The notes under the pieces are model-generated. The model did not search any database. It saw only the letters and a list, made by a program, of their open reading frames with translations, and had not been told where the DNA came from. From the NCBI GenBank assembly GCA_035517095.1, contig DATIZK010000012.1, positions 8,843-72,842 on the forward strand: a stretch of DNA of 64,000 bases. The letters are read 5' to 3'. This document shows, in pieces, positions 50,573-60,382 of the stretch. Source of the DNA: Burkholderiales bacterium (GTDB lineage Bacteria > Pseudomonadota > Gammaproteobacteria > Burkholderiales > SG8-39). Position 1 is the first letter of the stretch. Every line of letters starts with the position of its first letter. The position numbers and the translations under genes are program-made.

Positions 50573-51514
50573 GTGTTCAAGTTCATCGCCCGGCGCCTGC
50601 TCGCGACGATCCCCGTGCTGGTGATCGTCGCGGTGCTGGTGTTCCTGCTGCTGCGGCTCACCCCGGGCGACCCGGCCGCGATCCTCGCCGGCGACGCCGC
50701 GAGCCCCGACCAGATTGCGCAGATCCGCGTCAGCCTGGGGCTGGAGCGGCCGATCATCGTGCAGTTCGGGATCTGGGTCTCGCACCTGCTGCACGGCAAC
50801 CTGGGCGAGTCGTTCTACTTCAAGATCAAGGTTACCGACCTGATCGCGCAGCGGCTCGAGCCGACGCTCGCGCTCGCCAGCTTCACCATCGTCATCGCGG
50901 TTCTGCTCGCCGTGCCGCTCGGGGTCGTCGCGGCCTGGCGCTTCGGCGGCTGGTTCGACCGCGCGCTGATGGGTTTTTCGGTGCTCGGCTTCTCGATCCC
51001 GGTGTTCGTGCTGGCCTACATCCTCATATGGATCGTCTCGCTCAAGCTCGGCTGGCTCCCGGTGCAGGGCTACAGGCGCCTCGCCGACGGCTTGTGGCCC
51101 TTCCTGCGCCATCTGATCCTGCCCTCGATCACCCTTTCGGTGATCTACATCGCGCTGATCGCGCGCGTGACCCGCGCCTCGGTGATCGACGCGCTGGGCG
51201 AGGACTACATCCGCACCGCGCGCGCCAAGGGGCTGCCCGAGTCGCGCGTGCTGATCGCGCACGCGCTCGCCAACGCCGCGGTGCCGATCGTCACCGTGAT
51301 CGGGATCGGGGTGGCGCTGCTGATCGGCGGCGTGGTGGTGACCGAGTCGGTGTACGCGATCCCCGGCCTGGGGCGCCTGACCGTGGACGCGGTGCTGGCG
51401 CGCGACTTCCCGACCGTGCAGGGCGTGATCCTGTTCTTCTCCTTCGTCTACGTGCTGGTCAACCTGTTGGTCGACCTGTCGTACGTGATGTTCGATCCGC
51501 GCATCCGCTACTGA
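50573..51514 (+). CDS. ABC peptide-type permease (DppB/OppB-like)
   Basis: Track ORF 50537..51514, trimmed to GTG 50573 because the earlier start lies inside the terminator hairpin: VFKFIARRLLATIPVLVIVAVLVFLLLRLTPGDPAAILAGD...DYIRTARAKGL. Confidence 0.88.
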   Translation: MFKFIARRLLATIPVLVIVAVLVFLLLRLTPGDPAAILAGDAASPDQIAQIRVSLGLERPIIVQFGIWVSHLLHGNLGESFYFKIKVTDLIAQRLEPTLALASFTIVIAVLLAVPLGVVAAWRFGGWFDRALMGFSVLGFSIPVFVLAYILIWIVSLKLGWLPVQGYRRLADGLWPFLRHLILPSITLSVIYIALIARVTRASVIDALGEDYIRTARAKGLPESRVLIAHALANAAVPIVTVIGIGVALLIGGVVVTESVYAIPGLGRLTVDAVLARDFPTVQGVILFFSFVYVLVNLLVDLSYVMFDPRIRY

Positions 51515-52434
51515 TGGACGCCGACACCCTCCCGGTCGAAGCCGCGGACGTGCGCCGCCACGAGTCGGCCTGGCGCCGGCTACGGCGCAACTGGTCGGTG
51601 CGCATCGGCGCCGCGGTGCTCGCGCTGATGGTCGCCGTGGCGCTTGCCGCGCCCTACCTGGGCACCGTCGACCCGACGCTGTTCGACGCCGACAGCCGCG
51701 ACCTGCGGCCCGGAATGATGGGCAAGATCACGACGCTCGATGGCGACACCATCCCGCACCGCTTCCTCATGGGTTCGGACTCGTTCGGGCGCGACATCTA
51801 CAGCCGGGTGATCTACGGCACGCGGGTATCGCTAAGCGTCGGGCTGCTGGCGGCGCTGCTCGCGCTCGCCTTTGGCATCGTCGCCGGGCTCGGCGCGGGC
51901 TACCTGCGCTGGCTGGACGGCGTGCTGATGCGCTTCATGGACGGGCTGATGGCGATTCCCGGCATCCTGGTGGCGATCGCGCTGGTGGCATTGTGGCGCG
52001 GCAGCCTGACCACGGTCGTGGTCGCGATCGCGATCCCGGAGATCCCGCGCGTCACGCGCCTGGTGCGCTCGCTGGTGCTGTCGATCCGCGAGGAGCCCTA
52101 CGTCGAAGCGGCGGTCTCGCTCGGCACCCGGACCTGGAAGATCATGTTCGGCCACATCCTGCCCAACACCATCGCACCGCTGATCGTGCAGGGCACCTAC
52201 ATCTGCGCCTCGGCCATCCTGCTCGAGTCGATCCTGTCGTTCCTCGGCGTCGGCCTGCCGCCCGACATCCCGACCTGGGGCAACATCATGGCCGAGGGCC
52301 GGGTCCAGTTCAACGAGTACCCGCACAACGTGTTCTTTCCCGGCCTGTTCCTCGCCGTCACGGTGCTCGCGGTCAACATCCTCGGCGACGGCCTGCGCGA
52401 CACGCTCGATCCCAAGATGGCGAGGCGCATGTGA
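51514..52434 (+). CDS. ABC peptide-type permease (DppC/OppC-like)
   Basis: In frame within track ORF 51028..52434 from ATG 51514 (shares 1 nt with the upstream TGA): MDADTLPVEAADV...LGSDSFGRDIYSRVIYG...EPYVEAAVSLGT. Confidence 0.9.
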   Translation: MDADTLPVEAADVRRHESAWRRLRRNWSVRIGAAVLALMVAVALAAPYLGTVDPTLFDADSRDLRPGMMGKITTLDGDTIPHRFLMGSDSFGRDIYSRVIYGTRVSLSVGLLAALLALAFGIVAGLGAGYLRWLDGVLMRFMDGLMAIPGILVAIALVALWRGSLTTVVVAIAIPEIPRVTRLVRSLVLSIREEPYVEAAVSLGTRTWKIMFGHILPNTIAPLIVQGTYICASAILLESILSFLGVGLPPDIPTWGNIMAEGRVQFNEYPHNVFFPGLFLAVTVLAVNILGDGLRDTLDPKMARRM

Positions 52435-54041
52435 GCGCGGTGCTCGAGGTGCGCGAGCTGTCGGTGGCGCTGCCCCCGGGCGGTGACCGCCGGCGCGCCG
52501 TCGAGCACGTCTCGTTTAGCGTCGAGCGCGGCGAGATCGTCTGCCTGGTGGGCGAGTCGGGCTCGGGCAAGTCGGTGATCGCCCAGGCCCTGATGGGCCT
52601 GCTGCCGCCGTCGCTGCCGGTCACCGGCGGCAGCGTCCTGCTCGAGGGCGAGGACGTGGTGACGCTCGGCCCGCAGCGCCTGCGCGAGCTGCGCGCGACG
52701 CGCATGTCGATGGTGTTTCAGGAGCCGATGACCGCGCTCAACCCGGTCATGACCTGCGGCGCGCAGATCGACGAGGTGCTGCGCCAGCACACGCGCCTCG
52801 CGAAGAGCGAGCGGAGGGCGAAGATCCTCGACATCGTGCGCGAGGTCGCGCTGCCCGATCCCGAGCGCATCGTCGCCTCGTATCCGCACCAGCTCTCGGG
52901 CGGCCAGCGTCAGCGCATCGTGATCGCAATGGCGCTGGTGCTCGAGCCCGTGCTGCTGATCGCCGACGAGCCGACCACCGCGCTCGATGTCACCACGCAG
53001 GCACAAATTCTCAAGCTGATCCAGGAGCTCCAGGCGCGCCACGGCATGGGGGTGCTGTTCATCACCCACGACTTCGGCGTCGTGGCCGAAATCGCGCACC
53101 GCGTCGCGGTCCTGCGCCTGGGCGAGATGGTCGAGCTGGGGCCCAAGAACGAGGTGCTGACGCGGCCGCAGCACTTCTACACCCGGATGCTGATCGGCGC
53201 GGTGCCGAAGGTCCACCCTCATGGGCGCAGCGCCGACCCCTTCGCGCCGCTGGTGCTCGAGACGCGCGGCCTGTCCAAGACCTATGTCGACCGCGGCTGG
53301 TTCTCGGGACGCCGCGAGGTGCATGCAGCCGAAGACGTCACGCTCGAGATCCGGCGCGGCCAGACGCTCGGCATCGTGGGCGAGTCGGGGTCGGGCAAGT
53401 CGACCGTGGCGCGCTGCATCGTGCGCCTGATCGACCCGAGCGGCGGCGAGATCCGGCTCGGCGGCGAGGACATCGCCACCCGCTCGCGCGCCGCGCTGCG
53501 CCCGCTGCGGCGCAAGGTCCAGATCGTGTTCCAAGACCCGTACCGCTCGCTCAACCCGCGCCGCACGGTGGGCGAGGCGATCATCGAGGGACCGCGCAAT
53601 TACGGCCTGTCGCGGCGCGCAGCGCTCGAGCGCGCTCGGCACCTCATGGAGCTGGTGCGCATGGACCCCGGCGTGCTCAACCGCTACCCGCACCAGTTCT
53701 CGGGCGGGCAGCGCCAGCGCATCTGCATCGCGCGCGCCCTCGCCATGGAGCCGGAGCTGCTGGTCGCCGACGAGGCGGTCTCCGCGCTTGACGTCTCGGT
53801 CCAGGCGCAGGTGCTGGCGCTGTTCGAGGAGATCCGCACGCGGCTGAACCTGGCGATGCTGTTCATTACCCACGATCTGCGCGTCGCAGCGCAGGTGTGC
53901 GACCATGTCGCGGTCATGTCGCACGGCCGAATCGTCGAACAGGGCCCCGCGCTGCAGCTCTTCGGCAGCCCGCGGCACGAGTACACCCGCGCGCTGTTCG
54001 CGTCCGCGCCGGGGCGCCAATTCGCCTTCGGCGCGGGCTGA
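52431..54041 (+). CDS. Fused double ATP-binding-cassette protein (DppD/DppF-type), 536 aa
   Basis: In frame within track ORF 51993..54041 from GTG 52431 (GTGA overlap). Two Walker A motifs (GESGSGKSV, GESGSGKST) and two signature motifs ([16 protein letters not shown]). Confidence 0.92.
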   Translation: MSAVLEVRELSVALPPGGDRRRAVEHVSFSVERGEIVCLVGESGSGKSVIAQALMGLLPPSLPVTGGSVLLEGEDVVTLGPQRLRELRATRMSMVFQEPMTALNPVMTCGAQIDEVLRQHTRLAKSERRAKILDIVREVALPDPERIVASYPHQLSGGQRQRIVIAMALVLEPVLLIADEPTTALDVTTQAQILKLIQELQARHGMGVLFITHDFGVVAEIAHRVAVLRLGEMVELGPKNEVLTRPQHFYTRMLIGAVPKVHPHGRSADPFAPLVLETRGLSKTYVDRGWFSGRREVHAAEDVTLEIRRGQTLGIVGESGSGKSTVARCIVRLIDPSGGEIRLGGEDIATRSRAALRPLRRKVQIVFQDPYRSLNPRRTVGEAIIEGPRNYGLSRRAALERARHLMELVRMDPGVLNRYPHQFSGGQRQRICIARALAMEPELLVADEAVSALDVSVQAQVLALFEEIRTRLNLAMLFITHDLRVAAQVCDHVAVMSHGRIVEQGPALQLFGSPRHEYTRALFASAPGRQFAFGAG

Positions 54042-54060
54042 TCTCATATACTTCTCGGCT

Positions 54061-55023
54061 ATGCGCTCTCTTGCCATTGATTTGCTGCGCGTTCTTACCG
54101 CCAACGGCCCGCGCTCCGCGCGCGAGCTCGCCGCGGCCTGCGACGCACGCGTGGCCGAGGTGGAGCGCCGTCTCGCGCGGCTCGAGCACACGGGCTTCGT
54201 GACGCGCGAGAACGGCGCCGTGCGTCTCGTCGCGGCGTTCGATTTCCTCGATGCGGCGCGCATCGCGCGCGGCCTCGGCCCCCGCGCTGCGGGCCTTCGC
54301 ATCGACGTGGTTGACGCCTGCCTGTCGACCAGCTCCGACCTGCTGGCCCAGGCGGCGGCGCCCGGTGCGCGCCTGCTGCTCGCGGAGGAGCAGCTCGCCG
54401 GACGAGGTAGGCGCGGCCGGCGCTGGCTGTCGTGCGTCGGCGCGGCGCTGACGATGTCGCTGCGGCGCGGTTTCAGCTGCGCCCCGCGCGAGCTCGCTGC
54501 GCTGCCGCTGGCGGCGGGCGTCGCCGCGGTGCGCGCCCTGCGCGCCCTCGGCGCGGCCGACGCGGCGCTCAAGTGGCCCAACGACCTGCTGGTGCGCGGC
54601 GCCAAGATCGGCGGCATTCTGATCGAGACCCGGCTGCACGGCCGCGAGCTGATCGCGGTCACCGGGGTCGGCATCAATTGCCGCACCACGCCGGGCCTCG
54701 AAGCGCGCCTGCGGCGGCGCATCGCGGCGCTGCAGGAATTCATCAACCCGCCGCCTTCACGCAATGCGATCGCTGCCCGGGTCGCGGGCGAGCTGCTCGC
54801 CGCGTTCCAGGCTTTCGACGCGCACGGCCTGGCGGCGTTCAAGCAGGAATGGGAAGCGATGCACGCCTACGCCGGTCAGCGCCTGCGGGTGCGGCTCGCC
54901 GACGGCCGCGTGCTGGCGGGCGTGGCGGACGGCCTGGCCGAGGACGGCGGTCTGCGCCTGCGCACCCGGGCCGGTACGCGGGCGATCCGCAGCGGGCGGG
55001 TGGTTTCGGCGAGAGCCGCATGA
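54061..55023 (+). CDS. birA: Biotin-[acetyl-CoA-carboxylase] ligase / BirA with N-terminal HTH
   Basis: In frame within track ORF 53905..55023 from ATG 54061: MRSLAIDLLRVLTANGPRSARELAAA...EEQLAGRGRRGRRW...LKWPNDLLVRGAKIGGILIE. GRGRxGRxW and KWPND motifs are present. Confidence 0.9.
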   Translation: MRSLAIDLLRVLTANGPRSARELAAACDARVAEVERRLARLEHTGFVTRENGAVRLVAAFDFLDAARIARGLGPRAAGLRIDVVDACLSTSSDLLAQAAAPGARLLLAEEQLAGRGRRGRRWLSCVGAALTMSLRRGFSCAPRELAALPLAAGVAAVRALRALGAADAALKWPNDLLVRGAKIGGILIETRLHGRELIAVTGVGINCRTTPGLEARLRRRIAALQEFINPPPSRNAIAARVAGELLAAFQAFDAHGLAAFKQEWEAMHAYAGQRLRVRLADGRVLAGVADGLAEDGGLRLRTRAGTRAIRSGRVVSARAA

Positions 55024-55766
55024 TCCTCGCCATCGACGCCGGGAACTCGCGCGTGAAGTGGGGCTGGCACGACGGCCGCCGCTGGGCCAACCTGGCGACC
55101 GTCTCGCTGATCGAGTTCGCCGCCGCGAGCCACGACATCAATCCCTTCGCCGCAACGCACGAGGAGCCGGAACGGATCGTCATCTCCAACGTGGCCGGCG
55201 ACGGCGCGCACGAGCTGCTGGTGAACTGGACCAGCATCTTCGAGGCCGAGCCTCTGTGGCTGCGCGGGGAGGCCGAGCGCTGCGGGGTGCGCAACCGCTA
55301 CGACGAGCCGCAGAGGCTGGGCTCGGACCGCTGGGCGGCGCTGGTCGCCGCGCGCGCGCTGCAGCAAGGCTCCTGCCTGGTGGTGAACGCGGGCACCGCG
55401 ACCACCGCGGACATGCTCTCGGCGCAGGGGGAATTCCTCGGCGGGATCATCTTACCGGGGGTCGAGCTGATGCGCTTCGTGCTGCACGAGCACACCGGGC
55501 GGCTGCCGATCCAGGAGGGCAAATTCAGCGACACGCCGCGCAACACGCTGGACGCGATCGAGACCGGCTGCCGCCATGCGCAGGCGGGCGCCGTCGAGCG
55601 CATGTTCCGCAAGATGGGGCAGGGCACGGTCTGCCTGGTCGGCGGCGGCGCCGGGCGCGCGCTGATCGAGCAGCTGGATGTTCCCGCCCGCTACGTCGAA
55701 AACCTGGTGCTCGAGGGACTGGCGCGCATCGCGCTTAGCGAACGCCCGGCAGCGACCGCGTCGTAG
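55020..55766 (+). CDS. coaX: Type III pantothenate kinase
   Basis: In frame within track ORF 54432..55766 from ATG 55020 (ATGA overlap): MILAIDAGNSRVKWGWHDG...LGSDRWAALVAA...VVNAGTATTADM...GIILPG. Confidence 0.92.
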   Translation: MILAIDAGNSRVKWGWHDGRRWANLATVSLIEFAAASHDINPFAATHEEPERIVISNVAGDGAHELLVNWTSIFEAEPLWLRGEAERCGVRNRYDEPQRLGSDRWAALVAARALQQGSCLVVNAGTATTADMLSAQGEFLGGIILPGVELMRFVLHEHTGRLPIQEGKFSDTPRNTLDAIETGCRHAQAGAVERMFRKMGQGTVCLVGGGAGRALIEQLDVPARYVENLVLEGLARIALSERPAATAS

Positions 55767-55781
55767 GACCCGAACCGCCGG

Positions 55782-56432
55782 ATGCGCACGATATTCCTGC
55801 TGCTATTGCTCGCCAACCTCGCGTTCTTCGCCTGGGCGCATTACCTCGCGCAGCCGGATGCGGGATCCGATGCGCAGCCCCTCGCGCGCCAAATCGATCC
55901 GCAGAAGCTGCCGATCGTGTCGCCGGCGCCCGCGCGCGCCAGCGCCGTCGCCGCCGCGCCCGCCGCCGTCGCCGCCGCGGACTGTGTCGAATGGGGCAGC
56001 TTCACCCTGACCGACTTGCCGGCCGCGCGCAAGCTGCTGGAGCCGCTCGCGCTCGGGGCACGGCTGAGCGAGCAGCAGGTGGAGGAAACCGCCAACTGGT
56101 GGGTGTACATCCCGCCGCAGGGCGATCGCCAGGGCGCGCAGCGCAAAGGTGCCGAACTCAAGGCGCTCGGAATCGACGATTTTTTCGTGCTGCAGGACGA
56201 AGGCAGTTTCCAGTGGGCGATTTCGCTCGGCGTCTTCCGCAGCGAAGCGGCGGCGCAGGCGCGCCTTGCGGCATTGAAGGAAAAAGGCGTGCGAAGCGCG
56301 CAGGTCGGGGCGCGCGTGAGCCAGGTGCCGAAGGTCTGGCTGCGGGTGCGCGACACCGACCCCGTGCTGCGGGCGCGCCTGCGCGCGGTTGCGCAATCGA
56401 TCGATGGAAGCGAGTTACGCGACTGCAAGTAG
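55782..56432 (+). CDS. SPOR-domain membrane-anchored protein (216 aa)
   Basis: Track ORF with N-terminal TM helix (MRTIFLLLLLANLAFFAWAHY) and a C-terminal segment (WWVYIPPQGDRQGAQRKGAELKALGIDDFFVL...WAISLGVFRSEAAAQARLAALKEKG) typical of SPOR repeats. Confidence 0.8.
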   Translation: MRTIFLLLLLANLAFFAWAHYLAQPDAGSDAQPLARQIDPQKLPIVSPAPARASAVAAAPAAVAAADCVEWGSFTLTDLPAARKLLEPLALGARLSEQQVEETANWWVYIPPQGDRQGAQRKGAELKALGIDDFFVLQDEGSFQWAISLGVFRSEAAAQARLAALKEKGVRSAQVGARVSQVPKVWLRVRDTDPVLRARLRAVAQSIDGSELRDCK

Positions 56433-56446
56433 CGGCGCGCCGCGGC

Positions 56447-56827
56447 TCAGCCGATCGGGTGGGCTCCGCCGGCGACGTGCCGGGCGATGATCGACAGCAG
56501 GCGATCGGCGCGCACCGGCTTGGTCAGGTAACCCACCGCGCCGAGCTCGCGGCTGCGGGCTTCGCCGTCCTCGAGCGAGGTCAGGAAGATCACCGGAATG
56601 CGCGGCAATGTGGCGTCGCCGCGCAGCGCCGCCACGAACTCGAAGCCGTCCATGTGCGGCAGGTTCACGTCGCAGACGATCAGGTCGGGCGGCTCGGCGA
56701 CCACCATGTAGCCCGCCGCGATCGCGTCCTCGGCGGTGCGCACCTCGTAACCCGCGTCGGAAAGGTGAATCCGCAGCAGGTCGAGGATGCTCGGATCGTC
56801 GTCGACTATAAGGATGCGGGCCGCCAT
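56447..56827 (-). CDS. Stand-alone CheY-like response-regulator receiver protein (126 aa)
   Basis: Track ORF: MAARILIVDDDPSILDLL...DLIVCDVNLPHMDGFEF...VIFLTSL...GYLTKP. The acidic pocket, phospho-Asp, Thr/Ser and Lys positions are all present. There is no output domain. Confidence 0.88.
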   Translation of the reverse strand: MAARILIVDDDPSILDLLRIHLSDAGYEVRTAEDAIAAGYMVVAEPPDLIVCDVNLPHMDGFEFVAALRGDATLPRIPVIFLTSLEDGEARSRELGAVGYLTKPVRADRLLSIIARHVAGGAHPIG

Positions 56828-56861
56828 CGCTTGAGCCGGAGAGCCTGTGCCGACGGGACCT

Positions 56862-56937
<76 letters not shown>

Positions 56938-57134
56938 CGAGCGCGCCGCCATCGTCCCGAGGCACGAGCGGCGGATTATACGCCGATCGGTCGGAGTGGC
57001 CGCGAATGTGGAATATTCCCCGCAAAGCGGGACCGCTGGCGCCGTTCGCGCCGCGAATCCGGCCGCTGGTCGCCCACTTTTGCGCGCTCGCTCGGCGAGC
57101 ACCTAGCATGCATTCACGGACAAAGGGGATTCCC

Positions 57135-57581
57135 ATGCGCAAGGCATCCGGCTTCACGCTGATCGAGCTCATGATCACCCTGGTGGTGGTCTCAATCCTG
57201 GCGGCCATCGCCGTGCCCTCGTACATCCAGTATATCCAGCGCGGCAAGATCTCCGAGGCGGTCTCGAACCTCTCGAGCACGCGCCTCAAACTCGAAAAAT
57301 ACTACGCCGACAACCACATGTACGGTACCGGCGGCACCTGCGGCGTTCCCCTGCCCACCGGCGCGGACGCTCAATATTTCACCATCACCTGCGTATCGGC
57401 CAACGCCAACGCGGTCGGCGACCAGACCTACACGATCACTGCGACCGGGGTCGGCGGGGTGAACGGATTCCAGTACACGATCAACGAATCCAACGTCAGG
57501 ACCTCGACTTTCACCGCGCCGGCGACGGGCTGGAACAACTCGTCGGATTGCTGGGTGACGAAGAAGGGCGAGTCGTGCTGA
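57135..57581 (+). CDS. pilE: Type IV pilin, PilE-like (148 aa)
   Basis: In frame within track ORF 56847..57581 from ATG 57135: MRKASGFTLIELMITLVVVSILAAIAVPSYIQYIQRGK. Class III signal with G-1, F+1 and E+5. ...EKYYADN...; C-terminal Cys pair DCWVTKKGESC. Confidence 0.85.
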   Translation: MRKASGFTLIELMITLVVVSILAAIAVPSYIQYIQRGKISEAVSNLSSTRLKLEKYYADNHMYGTGGTCGVPLPTGADAQYFTITCVSANANAVGDQTYTITATGVGGVNGFQYTINESNVRTSTFTAPATGWNNSSDCWVTKKGESC

Positions 57582-58210
57582 TGCGCTCCCTCGAGCGAGG
57601 CGTGACCCTGGTCGAGCTGATGATCGGCCTCGCCATCGTCGCGCTCGTGCTGTTCGTCGCGGTGCCTGCGTTCGGCACCTTCCTGCAGAACACGCAGATC
57701 CGCAACGCGGGCGAAACGACGCTGCAGGGCTTGAACCTGGCGCGCGCCCAGGCGGTGCGGCTCAACGCCCCGGTGCGCTTCCAGCTGGTGACCGACCTGA
57801 CAGCGGGCTGCACCCTGTCCGCCACCTCGCTCAACTGGATTGTCAGTCTGGCGGACCCGAGCGGCGCCTGCAACCAAACCGCCTGGGGCGACAACGTCAC
57901 CAATACGTCGTTACCAACCCCCCCGTCGGCGCCCTTCATCATCGAGGCGAAAGCCGCGAGCGAAGGCAGCCCCAACGTGGCGGTCGTCGCGACCGGCGGC
58001 TCGACCGCGGTTTTCAGCGGCCTGGGCCGCCTGACCGGCGCGGGCATCACGCAGATCGATTTCTCCAATCCGGCCGGCGGCACCTGTACCTATGTCGATT
58101 CCGCCAACGGAAAAATGCGCTGCCTGCGCATCCAGCTCTCCAGCGGCGGGCAGGCAAAGCTGTGCGATCCGAAGGTGACCGACACCACGGACCCGCGCGT
58201 CTGCAACTGA
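57581..58210 (+). CDS. fimT: Type IV minor pilin, GspH/FimT/FimU family (209 aa)
   Basis: Track ORF 57548..58210 from ATG 57581: MRSLERGVTLVELMIGLAIVALVLFVAVPAFGTFLQNTQIRNAGETTLQGLNLARAQAVRLN. I cannot distinguish FimT from FimU. Confidence 0.78.
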   Translation: MRSLERGVTLVELMIGLAIVALVLFVAVPAFGTFLQNTQIRNAGETTLQGLNLARAQAVRLNAPVRFQLVTDLTAGCTLSATSLNWIVSLADPSGACNQTAWGDNVTNTSLPTPPSAPFIIEAKAASEGSPNVAVVATGGSTAVFSGLGRLTGAGITQIDFSNPAGGTCTYVDSANGKMRCLRIQLSSGGQAKLCDPKVTDTTDPRVCN

Positions 58211-58219
58211 GAACGGACC

Positions 58220-58654
58220 ATGACGAGCCTACATCCACACTCCAAGCAGGGCGGCATGATGCTGATCGAGGCGCTGATCGGGATTCTCATATTCTCGACC
58301 GGCATCCTGGCGATGCTCGGAATGCAGGCCGTCGGCATCCAGACTACGGTCGACGCCAAGTACCGCTCCGACGCCGCCTTCCTCGCCAATCAGGTCGTGA
58401 GCGAGATGTGGGTCGACCAGACCAACCTCGCCAGCTACGACACCAGCGGGGCCGGCTATGCGCCGCGCGACGCCTGGGTGGCGCAGGTCCAGAGCAGCCT
58501 GCCCAAGGCTACCGGCGCCAACGCGCCCACGATCACGGTGACGGGAGCCCCGCCGAGCCAGGTGAGCGTGACGGTGTACTGGCAAAGGCCGGGCGACACG
58601 ACGGTCAGCCGGCAGACCGTGATCGCGCAGATCAAGTGTTCCAGCTGCACATGA
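58220..58654 (+). CDS. pilV: Type IV pilus minor pilin PilV
   Basis: Track ORF, 144 aa: ...QGGMMLIEALIGILIFSTGILAMLGMQAVGIQTTVDAKYRSDAAFLANQV. Typical PilV N-terminus. Confidence 0.85.
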   Translation: MTSLHPHSKQGGMMLIEALIGILIFSTGILAMLGMQAVGIQTTVDAKYRSDAAFLANQVVSEMWVDQTNLASYDTSGAGYAPRDAWVAQVQSSLPKATGANAPTITVTGAPPSQVSVTVYWQRPGDTTVSRQTVIAQIKCSSCT

Positions 58655-59754
58655 AAACCGCCCCGCGCAGCCGCGAGCAAGGCATGAGCCTGGTCGAGGT
58701 CATGGTCGGGGTGATGATCGGCCTGATCGGCATCCTGATCATCACCCAGGCCTACATCAGCAGCGACAACTTCAACCGCTCGACGCTCGGCGCCGGCAGC
58801 GGGCAGACCAACGGCCTGATCGCGATGTTCAGCATCGAGCGCGACGCGCAAATGGCGGGCTATGGCCTGAACCAGTCGGCCGCGCTCAGCTGCGGCCAGC
58901 TGTACTACTACTACAACGGCAACTACTCGAGCAACGTTCCCGGCCAGGCCGCCGGAACGGCGCTGCCGACCCTGACCCTGGCCCCGGTGTACATCGACTC
59001 ATCGGTCACGCCGAACAGCGTCACGATGATGTTCTCCAACGGCAGCACGCGCATGGTGCCGGGAACGATCGCCACCTTCAACCCGCCCAACTTGACCGTG
59101 GACGGAACGGCGGGCTTCAGCACCGGAGACTTCGTCATGCTGGTCAGCCAGAGCGCGGCGGGCAATTGCACGCTCGAGCAGCTGACGGACGTGCAGGCGG
59201 TGTCCTCCCAGCTGCAATTCGGGTCCGGCGGCGGCGAGCTCTACAACCCGCCGGCGTGGGGCACGTTCCCGACCACCTATGCGACCAACGACCTGATCTT
59301 CGACATCGGCAACCCGACGGTGCGCACCTATTCCGTCGCAAAGCCCGCCGTCGGGCAGTACCGGCTGCAAGTGACCGACAGCCTGCTGGTGACGGGCGGC
59401 GGCGTGGCGCAGGATCTGGTGGACGGCGTGGTCGATTTGCGCGCGCAATACGGCAAGGACGACGGCGCGGGGGGCGGCACCGCCGGCGACGGCGTGGTGG
59501 ACGAGTACAACAACGTCCAGCCGGTGAGCGGCACGGACTGGAGCCAGGTGCTCTCGATCCGGGTCGGCGTCCTGGTGCGCATCGGCGACTACGAAAAGCC
59601 GGCCACCGCCGGCGGACCCTGCTCGGCGACCACCGCGGCACCGACCTGGGCGGGCGGCAGCTTTACGGTGCCCGAGGGGCTGCCGAGCTGCTACCGCTAC
59701 CGCGTCTATCAGACGATCGTCCCGATCCGCAACCTGATCTGGAGGTACTCGTGA
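58651..59754 (+). CDS. pilW: Type IV pilus minor pilin PilW
   Basis: In frame within track ORF 58162..59754 from ATG 58651 (ATGA overlap): MKTAPRSREQGMSLVEVMVGVMIGLIGILIITQAYISSDNFNRS...ERDAQMAGYGL. Confidence 0.85.
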   Translation: MKTAPRSREQGMSLVEVMVGVMIGLIGILIITQAYISSDNFNRSTLGAGSGQTNGLIAMFSIERDAQMAGYGLNQSAALSCGQLYYYYNGNYSSNVPGQAAGTALPTLTLAPVYIDSSVTPNSVTMMFSNGSTRMVPGTIATFNPPNLTVDGTAGFSTGDFVMLVSQSAAGNCTLEQLTDVQAVSSQLQFGSGGGELYNPPAWGTFPTTYATNDLIFDIGNPTVRTYSVAKPAVGQYRLQVTDSLLVTGGGVAQDLVDGVVDLRAQYGKDDGAGGGTAGDGVVDEYNNVQPVSGTDWSQVLSIRVGVLVRIGDYEKPATAGGPCSATTAAPTWAGGSFTVPEGLPSCYRYRVYQTIVPIRNLIWRYS

Positions 59755-60353
59755 GCGCCGCGCCGCGTTTTCGGCAGCAGGGCGTGGTGCTGTTCATCGC
59801 GCTCATCGTCCTGGTCGCCATGTCGCTGGCCGGCATCGCGATGATGCGCAGCGTCGGCACCGGCGCCCTGATCGCGAACAACCTGGCGTTCAAGCAAAGC
59901 GCGACCAACTCGGCCGACTGGGGCATCGAGGCGGCGCGCACCTGGCTGACCAACAACTCGACCGGCAACACGCTGTACAACGACCTGCCCGGGGTGGCCG
60001 GCGGCAACGCCTACTACTCGACCTGGCAGTCGGGCGTCGACCTGCTGGGGCAAGACACGAGCCTGACGCCTTACGACTGGAGCACCGCGGTGAGCGTCGG
60101 AACCGACGCCGCCGGCAACAGCGTGAAATACGTGATCCAGCGCATGTGCGACGGATCGGGCGACCCGGCCGGCCTCAACTGCATCAAGGCGTCGGCGGCG
60201 GCGGGCGGCGCCGTCTCGTCGTCCGGCACCAAGGGCGCGGGCGGTTACGGCGGCGGAGCGCTTTCGGCTCCGGTGAACACGTTCTATCGCATCACAGTGC
60301 AGGTTACGGGACCGCGCAACACGGTCGGCTACGTGCAGGTCGTGGTGTTCTGA
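59751..60353 (+). CDS. pilX: Type IV pilus minor pilin PilX
   Basis: In frame within track ORF 59166..60353 from GTG 59751 (GTGA overlap): VSAAPRFRQQGVVLFIALIVLVAMSLAGIAMMRSVGTGALIANNLAFKQSA. PilX_N-type N-terminus. Confidence 0.8.
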   Translation: MSAAPRFRQQGVVLFIALIVLVAMSLAGIAMMRSVGTGALIANNLAFKQSATNSADWGIEAARTWLTNNSTGNTLYNDLPGVAGGNAYYSTWQSGVDLLGQDTSLTPYDWSTAVSVGTDAAGNSVKYVIQRMCDGSGDPAGLNCIKASAAAGGAVSSSGTKGAGGYGGGALSAPVNTFYRITVQVTGPRNTVGYVQVVVF

Positions 60354-60382
60354 ACCCAACGGTCCCGCTCGGGAGAAACACC

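Noticed and set aside
57042-57083. Possible AlgR-type site CCGTTCGCG (57042-57050), a sigma-54-like TGG...TTGC element (57067-57083) and the palindrome GGAATATTCC (57010-57019), all upstream of the pilin gene.
   Set aside because: The AlgR match is only 7/9 in GC-rich DNA and the host is probably not a pseudomonad. The GG-to-GC spacing is 12 nt instead of the required 10, so it is not a sigma-54 promoter. The 10-bp palindrome is short and isolated, so it is noted but not called.
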